Source: Bdellovibrionota bacterium (GTDB lineage Bacteria > Bdellovibrionota_C > UBA2361 > OMII01). From it: DNA of 15,178 nt. Positions 1 to 7,477 of this stretch are shown here, piece by piece. Position 1 is the stretch's first letter, and each line of letters starts with the position of its first letter. A model generated the notes under the pieces. It had not been told where the DNA came from. It ran no database searches and saw nothing but the letters and a program-made list of their open reading frames with translations. A program made the position numbers and the translations under genes. The stretch lies in NCBI GenBank assembly GCA_044356215.1, contig JBIKWQ010000077.1, forward strand, positions 1-15,178, in the 5' to 3' direction.

Positions 1-5
1 TAGAA

Positions 6-89
6 ACTTTTAGAAAAGACTATACCAACCGTAGCTTTAGCGTAGGTTGGTTACCCTGCAATCGCTACGGACTTTTGGAAAACGCTATA
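6..89. repeat. Imperfect 19-bp direct repeat, two copies 65 bp apart (6-24 and 71-89)
   Basis: ACTTTTAGAAAAGACTATA vs ACTTTTGGAAAACGCTATA, 16/19 identical, both ending CTATA. Confidence 0.7.
24..51. repeat. REP-like imperfect palindrome
   Basis: ACCAACC-GTA-GCT-TT-AGC-GTA-GGTTGGT: 7-bp outer stem plus inner GCT/AGC pairing. Confidence 0.65.
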
Positions 90-98
90 TAGAGTTTT

Positions 99-125
99 CT
101 CTGTGTCCTCTGCGTCCTCTGTGGT
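99..125. repeat. Three tandem 9-bp units
   Basis: CTCTGTGTC CTCTGCGTC CTCTGTGGT, flanked by TTTTCT/AGAAAA. Confidence 0.8.
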
Positions 126-249
126 AGAAAATCTTTTACTAATTATCCCAGCAGCTTACCAAAAACACTGCGACTCCCTGTTATCCGTTCTAGACTAGCT
201 TCTTTGTGCCAGGGTCCAATATGATTGTCCCCGATAAACGGCGACGAGT

Positions 250-2895
250 ATGAAGCGATTATTAAAGCTACTCAGTGATTTTCGGGACACAAGGACGGTT
301 CAGGAGGCCTTAGCCGAAGATACGGCTCGCGAGCGGATTTTCCGTGGCCTAGCCGCGAAGTTAGTTAGGCAATCGCTGGCATCATCTGAAAGCGTGAGCA
401 TCCTAGGTGAGATAGAGCGCGAGATACTAGCTGAGCAGTCTTTAATTTTGCCGGATGAGATTAATAGGTTGCCAGAGACCTTTTTTGAGAACTCAACAAA
501 CTTAGGAAGGGCATATCAGCTCTTAAACTCGTCGGGGCGTGACGCGAACTCTTGGGCAATTAGTAAGAGGAGTGATAACAAGAGTGAGGTGGTGAATATC
601 GCCGCTGTTACACAGATCTTTACAGATGATTATATAGCAAATTTTTTAGTTGACCGATGCCTGACTATTATTGAGAGAGCGGGGTTTACCGAACGGCAGA
701 TATTCACCTTATGTGATCCGGCGGTAGGAACGGGGCATATGCTCATCGCAGCGATCGATGCCTTGTCGAAGAGAGGACTTGCCCCTGATGAGATCGCGCG
801 ATCCATATACGGACGAGATATCGATCCTGTGGCTGTGATCTTAACCCGCGCGGCGCTATTCTCGCAGTTAGTAAGAATCAATCCGCGAGTAGAGCCTCTC
901 ACTTTGTGGAAGGAGATTGGAAAGCGTATCCGAGTGGTGCCTTCACCGTACGGATCGTTAGATCGATCTCTCTCTCTCCCTAACGACCCAAAGCTCTTTG
1001 ACATAATAGTTACCAATCCGCCATATCTAGGAAAACGCAAGTTGCCGATGGCGTTCCGCAGTTTTTTAGATCGTGATTATCCTGAGGCCAGTGTTGATCT
1101 TTGCGCGGCGTTTATGTGGAGGTGCGTAGAGCTGGTAAATCCGGACGGGGTACTAGGTTTAGTCACTAGTGATAAGTGGATCCGCTTGGATGGGTACAAT
1201 GGATTAAGAAATGGAGCTGGAGAATTTAAGGGGCTTTTTGGTGAATTGGCGATTGACGGGATTTATGAATTGGGAAGCCGGGCTTTTGACGCGGCGTCGG
1301 AGCTGCACGATGGAATGAAAGCTTCTATCCTAATAGGTCGCAGAGGTCGCCCATCGGCGGGGCATGAGCTTTCTTACGTCAACCTTTCGGAGATATCAGG
1401 TAGGGACGCGAAGAGCAGGGGGTTGCGCTCAAGTGTTACTGAGCCAGATGGATTGTTATGTGTGGCGAAGATCCGACAATCAGAGTTGGCGCGCGGAGGG
1501 CGGGTACTTCTCACTGCGGGCGGCCTTCCAAAGAGATTTGCGGAGCTCTATCAGCAGGTGTCAGATCAGGCGCGGGTAGTTGTGGGGGTTCAAACAAGTG
1601 ATGACGCTAAATTCACCCGATATGTTTGGCAGGCACCAGATAATCGTGCTGGTTGGCGATTGCACAGTAAAGGTGGAGGCTATTCCCGCTGGGCTGGGCT
1701 TAATAGCTGGATAATTAATTGGGAAAATGGAGAAGAGAATTTTCTAGGTGGAGGGCTGGCCAGACAACGGAGCGAGAAGTGGCGAGATTCCGAGGGGTGG
1801 GTCTATTCGTGGTTCGCTAATGGCAATCTAGGATTAAGGTTAAAGGAGAGTGGAGTTAGCTTTGGGCGCGCCGCCGCTGGAGGTGTCTTCTCCAATGATA
1901 ATCGAGTGGCCGCGTATCTTAATTCCAGATTAGCGTCCGCAGCCACTAGGAGCTTAGGAGGGAAAGTTCAGTTGCCAGAGGGGATAGTCAAAACCATACC
2001 GATACCCCTTGATTTAGCGCCGATATCAAGTGATTTAGTTGAATGGGTGGTCAAATTAAAGAAGAGACTAGCTGCGGCTAATCCCACGGAAGCCTCATTT
2101 AGTCCCAAAGATATTTTACGCCCAAAGGAGATTATTTTATTAGAGGCTCTGATCCTTGTTTGTGAGGGAGTGCTTGAGCACCAGGTCGAGACAAGTGTTG
2201 GGCTTAATCAGCGAGAACGTGAGGAATTATCTCTGAGATTAGGACCAGTAGTGGGTTGGTTCCGTCCGGCTACTCCTCTTTCGGAACATCCGGCGCTTAA
2301 ATTGGCCGATGAAAATTATCGGAGCCTACTTGATTTAATCTCTATGAGCGAGGCTCTGCCTATCGTCGAATCTCGTGAAATTCCGCGCATGGCGGAGCTA
2401 GAGAAGCTTGCCAAATTACCTGAACTTGAGAATCTAGGAGGATCTACTTGGACACTGCCCAGTTCTGGAATGCTAGAGACGGTGTGTCGATCGCTTAGGA
2501 TCCACCCATTTGACGCGTTGCTTTTAGTGAGCCAGCTTTTAGACTTATCAAGCGCTTTAGCGTGGGAGTTGTTTGAGCGGTATTTAGGTGTCAGATTAAT
2601 CGCGGAGATAGCTAGGGCTCTCGGTCACAGGTGGTGGAGCGATGTCGATTTGAACCCGGATCGAGCGCGGCTATCGTTGCCTTTTGATGCAGTAAGGGAT
2701 TTAGCGTCAGATTGTATCGGTAGCATTGAATGCGGCGAGACAATGAGTTTAGAATTGGGTAAGTGGGTTGGTGATTCTTTCGTGACCTGGCAGGATCGCG
2801 TTTTTCTCAAGGAATCTCCATTTGTTTTTCAGAGAGACGGAGGCAGTATCTTACAAGTGAGCTTGAACCGAATAGAGGAATATCAAGTAGCTTAA
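250..2895 (+). CDS. N6-adenine DNA methyltransferase, BREX PglX/BrxX-like (Eco57I-type MTase domain), shortened
   Basis: 881-aa ORF. SAM-binding motif I LCDPAVGTGHML precedes catalytic motif IV VTNPPY. PglX-like segments: AAVTQIFTDDYIANFLV, DLCAAFMWRC, ELGSRAFD, KGGGYSRWAG...INWENG. Confidence 0.85.
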   Translation: MKRLLKLLSDFRDTRTVQEALAEDTARERIFRGLAAKLVRQSLASSESVSILGEIEREILAEQSLILPDEINRLPETFFENSTNLGRAYQLLNSSGRDANSWAISKRSDNKSEVVNIAAVTQIFTDDYIANFLVDRCLTIIERAGFTERQIFTLCDPAVGTGHMLIAAIDALSKRGLAPDEIARSIYGRDIDPVAVILTRAALFSQLVRINPRVEPLTLWKEIGKRIRVVPSPYGSLDRSLSLPNDPKLFDIIVTNPPYLGKRKLPMAFRSFLDRDYPEASVDLCAAFMWRCVELVNPDGVLGLVTSDKWIRLDGYNGLRNGAGEFKGLFGELAIDGIYELGSRAFDAASELHDGMKASILIGRRGRPSAGHELSYVNLSEISGRDAKSRGLRSSVTEPDGLLCVAKIRQSELARGGRVLLTAGGLPKRFAELYQQVSDQARVVVGVQTSDDAKFTRYVWQAPDNRAGWRLHSKGGGYSRWAGLNSWIINWENGEENFLGGGLARQRSEKWRDSEGWVYSWFANGNLGLRLKESGVSFGRAAAGGVFSNDNRVAAYLNSRLASAATRSLGGKVQLPEGIVKTIPIPLDLAPISSDLVEWVVKLKKRLAAANPTEASFSPKDILRPKEIILLEALILVCEGVLEHQVETSVGLNQREREELSLRLGPVVGWFRPATPLSEHPALKLADENYRSLLDLISMSEALPIVESREIPRMAELEKLAKLPELENLGGSTWTLPSSGMLETVCRSLRIHPFDALLLVSQLLDLSSALAWELFERYLGVRLIAEIARALGHRWWSDVDLNPDRARLSLPFDAVRDLASDCIGSIECGETMSLELGKWVGDSFVTWQDRVFLKESPFVFQRDGGSILQVSLNRIEEYQVA

Positions 2896-2913
2896 GTGAT
2901 ATTTAAGAGGCCT

Positions 2914-3654
2914 ATGAATTCTCTAGCGATTTTTGAAAATGAGGGGTGGGAGCAGGGCCGAATCGTCATTACAGGAGAGCGCGCTCAGGCCGTATGTAGC
3001 GCTGAGTTTCATGAAGTTGGCTCAGAGATTAGAGTGTTTCTTTTCGGGGGAGACAAAGGGGTCGCGAGGGTTGTCAGATTTGATAATAAGGCGATAGAGC
3101 TTGAGTTAGTAAGTAGTGAGTCATCTCTGCAACTTAGGCCGATCGATTTGGTCGTGGGACTCTCGCGACCGCAGACGACAAAAAAAGTTATTCAGGCGGC
3201 TGTGATGTCAGGAGTTCGTTCCTTGCATCTTGTCCATCTTGAGTCAGGACAGCCTAGTTACTTGGACTCACATATTCTGCGACCGGCAGACCTGCGAGAG
3301 GAGATCTCGAAGTCTTTGGAGCAGATCTGTGAAGGGCTCTACCCAGAGGTTCACGTCCACCGTTCTCTTCATAGATTTATCTCAGACAGCGCCGCGCTAT
3401 TAAGTGCGGATACTGGCTCGCTAAAGATAGTTGCCCAAAGTGGAGGAGATTTAGTAACGGGCGAACAGCTCTCCGGTGTTAACTCATTAGTTATGGCGAT
3501 CGGATCCGAGGGAGGATGGAGTGATCGAGAGCTAAAGAGGCTGGAATCTATCGGATTTGTAAGTAAGGGGCTTGGACCCCGAGTTGTCCGTGTTGAGATC
3601 GCGCTGTTGTATCTATTGGGGCAGACCCTGCAAATATCCGGAGAAACCAGATAG
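2914..3654 (+). CDS. rsmE: 16S rRNA m3U1498 methyltransferase RsmE (SPOUT family)
   Basis: C-terminal MAIGSEGGWS...LGPRVVRVEIA SPOUT signature, central AVMSGV and EQ motifs. ATG at 2914 follows AAGAGG (the ORF track starts at GTG 2896). Confidence 0.9.
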   Translation: MNSLAIFENEGWEQGRIVITGERAQAVCSAEFHEVGSEIRVFLFGGDKGVARVVRFDNKAIELELVSSESSLQLRPIDLVVGLSRPQTTKKVIQAAVMSGVRSLHLVHLESGQPSYLDSHILRPADLREEISKSLEQICEGLYPEVHVHRSLHRFISDSAALLSADTGSLKIVAQSGGDLVTGEQLSGVNSLVMAIGSEGGWSDRELKRLESIGFVSKGLGPRVVRVEIALLYLLGQTLQISGETR

Positions 3655-3675
3655 TTACGATGGTATATCGAAACT

Positions 3676-3704
3676 CTAAAGAAAATAAGACGCGCGACCG
3701 ATAT
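3676..3704 (+). promoter_or_regulatory. Candidate sigma28 (FliA-type) promoter upstream of the cpaB-like gene
   Basis: CTAAAG at 3676-3681 and ACCGATAT at 3697-3704 (TAAA-N16-ACCGATAT; enteric consensus is TAAA-N15-GCCGATAA). Confidence 0.4.
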
Positions 3705-3802
3705 TATCTATGACTAAGTTTTAAAAATACTAAAAATTTTCTTGGTCGCTTGTAGAGAGAAACACCATCTTATTAGTGTTGGGGGTTGTTTGGGGAGAAA
3801 AG

Positions 3803-4699
3803 ATGGCCGCTCGAGGCGCGATAAATAAGCGAAGAAACAATAGGAAGACGCAGCCAGACCCACGTGTGATGGTGCTGGGGGGTGTTGGCGCCCTTGTCGT
3901 TGTCGTCCTGATATTCTTAGCACTACATCTTATGAGGTCCCCTAGCGAGGCTAGTAACGCCCCCAAAATGATGGAGCCGCAGGTGCTCCGCACTGAAATT
4001 TTAGTTCCGATCGAAACCGTGGCCGTTGGAGTCGCGCTGCAACCTACAATGTTTAGGAAAGAGCTGAAGAACGAAGAGAGCGTAACCGGAGATATGATCC
4101 GCGGGTTCGAAGAGCTTAAAGGGATGTATGCGCGCGGGGTGCTGATAAAGAATCAACCGATATTCAAGGGTGCTTTGACTAATCGTCAGCCCGTACACGT
4201 TCTAACGGCGATGATACCGAAGAATTATCGAGCATTAGCGATTCAAGTAGAAACCCCATTCCTTGATAATGTTGATGGCTGGGCGCAGCCGGGCACAGAT
4301 GTCGATGTGGTTTGGCTGACAGGTGTTTTTGGAAAGGAAACAGCCGCTGTGCTGGCTGGCCCGGTTCGAATTCTCGCGTCGAACAAGGCGACAGAGTGGT
4401 CTCCTGTTAAGACCACGCCAAACCAGGGAGATAGGTTGGTAACAGTGACTTTACTTGTAACAGCTAGAGACGCGGCACGAATTAGCCTCGCCTCTCTAAA
4501 TGGAAAGATATCGCTTGGGCTTCGCGGGTTGGCTGATAAGCGTCCGAACGAGGGATCTCGTCCGATATCTAACGTAGTCGAGGATCCAGCCGCGAAGAGT
4601 CGCCTAGGGAGCTTACTATCGGTGAAGATAATTGATCCTAAATCGCGCGGGACTGAGTTGCGAAAGTATGATCACACAGGTCGGAGAGTAGCTGATTGA
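3803..4699 (+). CDS. cpaB: Flp/Tad pilus assembly protein CpaB/RcpC-like (TM + SAF + RcpC domain)
   Basis: N-terminal TM helix, SAF-like segment (ILVP..TVAVGVALQ...GMYARGVLIKNQPI), IPKNYRALAIQV, GWAQPGTDVDVV, VRILA, VTVTLLVT..DA..ISLA...GKISLGLR. ATG at 3803 follows GGGGAG. Confidence 0.8.
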   Translation: MAARGAINKRRNNRKTQPDPRVMVLGGVGALVVVVLIFLALHLMRSPSEASNAPKMMEPQVLRTEILVPIETVAVGVALQPTMFRKELKNEESVTGDMIRGFEELKGMYARGVLIKNQPIFKGALTNRQPVHVLTAMIPKNYRALAIQVETPFLDNVDGWAQPGTDVDVVWLTGVFGKETAAVLAGPVRILASNKATEWSPVKTTPNQGDRLVTVTLLVTARDAARISLASLNGKISLGLRGLADKRPNEGSRPISNVVEDPAAKSRLGSLLSVKIIDPKSRGTELRKYDHTGRRVAD

Positions 4700-4727
4700 T
4701 CTGGTTTTTAGGTTTTACCGCTCTTCC

Positions 4728-5708
4728 TTAAGCGACAGGTAGCTCCTCTATAATTAAGTCTCCAGTGTTAGCATCAAGCGTTGCTAAGGCTCCTACAGGG
4801 AGTGTCGCGTTAATCGGTGTGTGTCCAAATGGTAAGCCCATAACAAGAGGTTTCCCTAAGCTGGCTAATCTATCTATAACCACATCTCGTAATGATTGTT
4901 TAGTAGTAGCTAGGTGTGGTGGATACTCGCAGTTGTGAAATAGACCAAGGGCAAAGCCCCTTACCTTATCTAAGGCTCCTATATTAAGTAGGTGAGTGAG
5001 ATCGCGATCTATTCGAAATGGCGTCTGGCCTATATCCTCAAAAAATAGAATGGAGTCGTCAAAAGAGGGGAAGAGTTTGGTACCTAAAGAGGAGAGAAGT
5101 ATAGATAAGTTTCCTCCGATCAGTCTGCCAGTTACCCGTCCTGGATGTAGAGATTCAATCGGTGTTGCTGGTTGGTACTCTTTAAGGATTGATCCCAATG
5201 AAGATTGATCGCCTCTGATCGTTTGAATAAAAGATCTCTTGGTATAATCTGGACAATCATCGGCTACGAGCGATTGTAATGTAGGGCCGTGAAAAGAAAC
5301 TATCTCGCCCTCGAGGCAGCTTCCATTTAGAAGGTTCGTGAGATCGCTAGAACCCAGGATAATCTTCGGGGTTTTTTTAAGGGCCTCGAATGGAGTCCTC
5401 ATGGCGATTCGTCCTGTACCGTACCCGCCGCGCACGCAGAAGATGGCTCTGATGTCTACAGAAGTAATCGCGCTTGATAAGTCTTTTAGACGATTCCTAT
5501 CACTTCCGGCGAGAAACCCGTTTCGATCGTTTACGTGTTCCCCAAGAACTACCTCAAATCCCGCCTCCCGCAGCAGCTTCTCAGATTTCTCGATAACATC
5601 GGGGAAATCCGGTGGACTGCCTGGCGCAATTATAGCGACCTTGTCGCCAGATTGAAGACGAGGTGGCTTAGTTAGCTTGGGAACAATTCGAGGCGATACT
5701 AGATTCAT
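4728..5708 (-). CDS. ldcA: LD-carboxypeptidase, peptidase S66 family (LdcA/MccF-like)
   Basis: RGGYG, GSSD (catalytic Ser), HGP, GRLIGGNL, FFEDIG (Glu), PFGH (His): Ser-Glu-His triad motifs present. Confidence 0.9.
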   Translation of the reverse strand: MNLVSPRIVPKLTKPPRLQSGDKVAIIAPGSPPDFPDVIEKSEKLLREAGFEVVLGEHVNDRNGFLAGSDRNRLKDLSSAITSVDIRAIFCVRGGYGTGRIAMRTPFEALKKTPKIILGSSDLTNLLNGSCLEGEIVSFHGPTLQSLVADDCPDYTKRSFIQTIRGDQSSLGSILKEYQPATPIESLHPGRVTGRLIGGNLSILLSSLGTKLFPSFDDSILFFEDIGQTPFRIDRDLTHLLNIGALDKVRGFALGLFHNCEYPPHLATTKQSLRDVVIDRLASLGKPLVMGLPFGHTPINATLPVGALATLDANTGDLIIEELPVA

Positions 5709-5815
5709 ACCAACTATTTTCCCCCTTAGCCTGTCAGAAGAGCAAGTGTCATATTGCGACTATTTTAAGCACTAAGGTAATCTGGTCAAACTTATAAAAG
5801 GTAACGGAGTCAACG

Positions 5816-6424
5816 ATGAGATCTGGTGTTCGCCTTGCTTTAGCAATGACGCTCTTGCTTAATTGTTTAGGGTGCTTCGGCGCCAACCGTATATCTGGAA
5901 CAGAGGGGGTCTCCGCGGTAGGCCTAACCCCGAGTGAATGGGCATCCTTAAGCAAGCCCGGGCCTTCACACAAGTTGCTAGAGAGCTTTGCGGGGGATTG
6001 GGACGTTAAAGTTACTTTCTGGAGTGACCCTAAGGCGAAGGGGGAATCATCATCTGGTCGATCAAAGATATCGTGGATCTTAGGAGGCCGATTTTTGCAG
6101 GAGAATTTCCAAGGAAAGATAGCTGGAGAGAGCTATATCGGCTTAGGACTGATTGGATACGACAACGGCTCTCGTGCCTTTACTACTGTTTGGGCTGATT
6201 CTCTCAATACTGCTATGACCACATCAGTTGGTAAGTACGACCCAGAGCGAAATAGCTTGGAGCTAGAGAGCGAGGTTTACGATCCACTAGTCAGCGGGGT
6301 AAAGACGGTCTATTCAAGAATCAAGATCACTTCGCCCGATTCATACACGTTTTCTATGCTAGACAGATCTCCAGAGGGGCGGGAATTTAAGTCCCTGGAG
6401 ATGGAATACTCGCGCGCTAAGTAA
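5816..6424 (+). CDS. DUF1579-like exported protein, possible lipoprotein
   Basis: Signal peptide containing Cys (LLLNCLGC); PGPSHKLL...GDW, ILGGRFL, GLIGYDN...VWADS pattern; GGAG RBS. Confidence 0.7.
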   Translation: MRSGVRLALAMTLLLNCLGCFGANRISGTEGVSAVGLTPSEWASLSKPGPSHKLLESFAGDWDVKVTFWSDPKAKGESSSGRSKISWILGGRFLQENFQGKIAGESYIGLGLIGYDNGSRAFTTVWADSLNTAMTTSVGKYDPERNSLELESEVYDPLVSGVKTVYSRIKITSPDSYTFSMLDRSPEGREFKSLEMEYSRAK

Positions 6425-6456
6425 TAGCGGCGTTCCTTAAATATCCGAAACCAAGG

Positions 6457-6513
6457 GTCAGGTTGTTGACATCTCAATATGGTGCTCTGTCTGGTAAGTG
6501 CCAAAAAAGTGAC
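6457..6513. promoter_or_regulatory. Two candidate enhancer boxes for a sigma54 activator (GTCA-N6-TGAC type)
   Basis: GTCAGGTTGTTGAC (6457-6470) and GCCAAAAAAGTGAC (6500-6513), 43 bp apart, upstream of a -24/-12 element. Confidence 0.55.
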
Positions 6514-6573
6514 TTCTTGGCGCTCTTATGAGTCGTTTGATCAGCTAGTTAGCTGTGATTCACTCTGTTTGGT

Positions 6574-6589
6574 TGGCATCAAATTAGCT
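6574..6589 (+). promoter_or_regulatory. sigma54 -24/-12 promoter upstream of motA
   Basis: TGGCATCAAATTAGCT (GG-N10-GC) in an intergenic position; IHF-like GATCAGCTAGTTA at 6539-6551. Confidence 0.7.
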
Positions 6590-6646
6590 TTGTTCAGAGA
6601 CAGTGTGTCGGTTGGATGACCCCAGTTTGGATAAACAAAGGTTTAA

Positions 6647-7477
6647 ATGGAAGAGATGAGTGATTTAGAGATCAGTGGCTACGACCTAAGATCGAGTAGG
6701 CCAAGAGTAGGCGGCAGAGCCCCTCTAAACGGCTCGTTACTTATTGGCCTATTAGCGGCAGCGCTGGTCATAATCGGCGCGATTTCTCTCTCTTCTCAGC
6801 CCTCGCGATTTCTGAACCTTGAAGGGTTGTTGATAGTTTTCGGCGGAACCATCGCTAGTACTCTGATTCAATACTCGATCGCTGATGTAAGAGGAGCCCT
6901 CGTCGCGCTACGACAGGCGGCATCGACGAACCCGCAGTCCCCAAGTGAACGTGTTGAGTACCTCCTGGAGTTATCCCAACGAGTCAAACAGGCAGGAATT
7001 TTGGCATTAGAGGACGCGGCAGAGAGAGAGAGAGATGATTTCCTTAGGCTCGGCCTAATGGCGATCGTTGATGGTCGTCGGATAGATGATCTAAAGCGGA
7101 TCCTCAAGACCGAGATGGAGAGCTCGCGCGAACGAGCTTGGAGATCCGTTCACGTCTGGGAAACCATGGGAAACTTCGCGCCAGCGATGGGTCTTATTGG
7201 AACGTTGTTGGGTCTCATTCAGATGCTAGGCTCTCTCCACGATCCATCTTCTATCGGCTCCTCAATGGCTATGGCGCTAGTCGCGACACTCTACGGCTCG
7301 GTTGGAGCAAATCTTTTCTTCTTTCCGATCGCTGGGAAATTGCGGGTTGTCTCTCAAGAGCGTGAGGAGTGCAAGAACATTACTCTCGAGGGCCTGTTAA
7401 GTATATCGCGCTTAGAGAATCCGATTATGTTGGCTCAAAGGCTGCAGAGCTTCGCGAGCGCGCTAGTAAATGGATAA
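6647..7477 (+). CDS. motA: Flagellar stator A subunit (MotA/PomA family)
   Basis: LLIVFGGT, KQAGILALE, FLRLGL..IVDG, APAMGLIGTLLGLIQML, MAMALVATLYG..ANLFFFPIAGKL. Start may be 6647 or 6656. Confidence 0.93.
   Translation: MEEMSDLEISGYDLRSSRPRVGGRAPLNGSLLIGLLAAALVIIGAISLSSQPSRFLNLEGLLIVFGGTIASTLIQYSIADVRGALVALRQAASTNPQSPSERVEYLLELSQRVKQAGILALEDAAERERDDFLRLGLMAIVDGRRIDDLKRILKTEMESSRERAWRSVHVWETMGNFAPAMGLIGTLLGLIQMLGSLHDPSSIGSSMAMALVATLYGSVGANLFFFPIAGKLRVVSQEREECKNITLEGLLSISRLENPIMLAQRLQSFASALVNG

Noticed and set aside
1..150. CRISPR array suggested by the 65-bp repeat period
   Set aside because: Only two copies with 3 mismatches in 19 bp, no convincing third copy near 136, the putative spacer is itself a palindrome, and there are no cas genes in the window
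206..237. sigma28 -10-like CCCGATAA upstream of the MTase
   Set aside because: No TAAA -35 element at a suitable spacing
3694..3749. GCGACC/GGTCGC inverted repeat around an AT-rich stretch
   Set aside because: Only 6 bp with a 44-nt loop; not a terminator and compatible with chance
4728..5708. Microcin C immunity protein MccF
   Set aside because: Same S66 family, but there are no microcin genes nearby; a housekeeping LD-carboxypeptidase is more parsimonious
5748..5760. GTCATATTGCGAC dyad in the ldcA/DUF1579 gap
   Set aside because: GTC-N7-GAC spacing differs from the 14-bp boxes and I found no sigma54 element nearby
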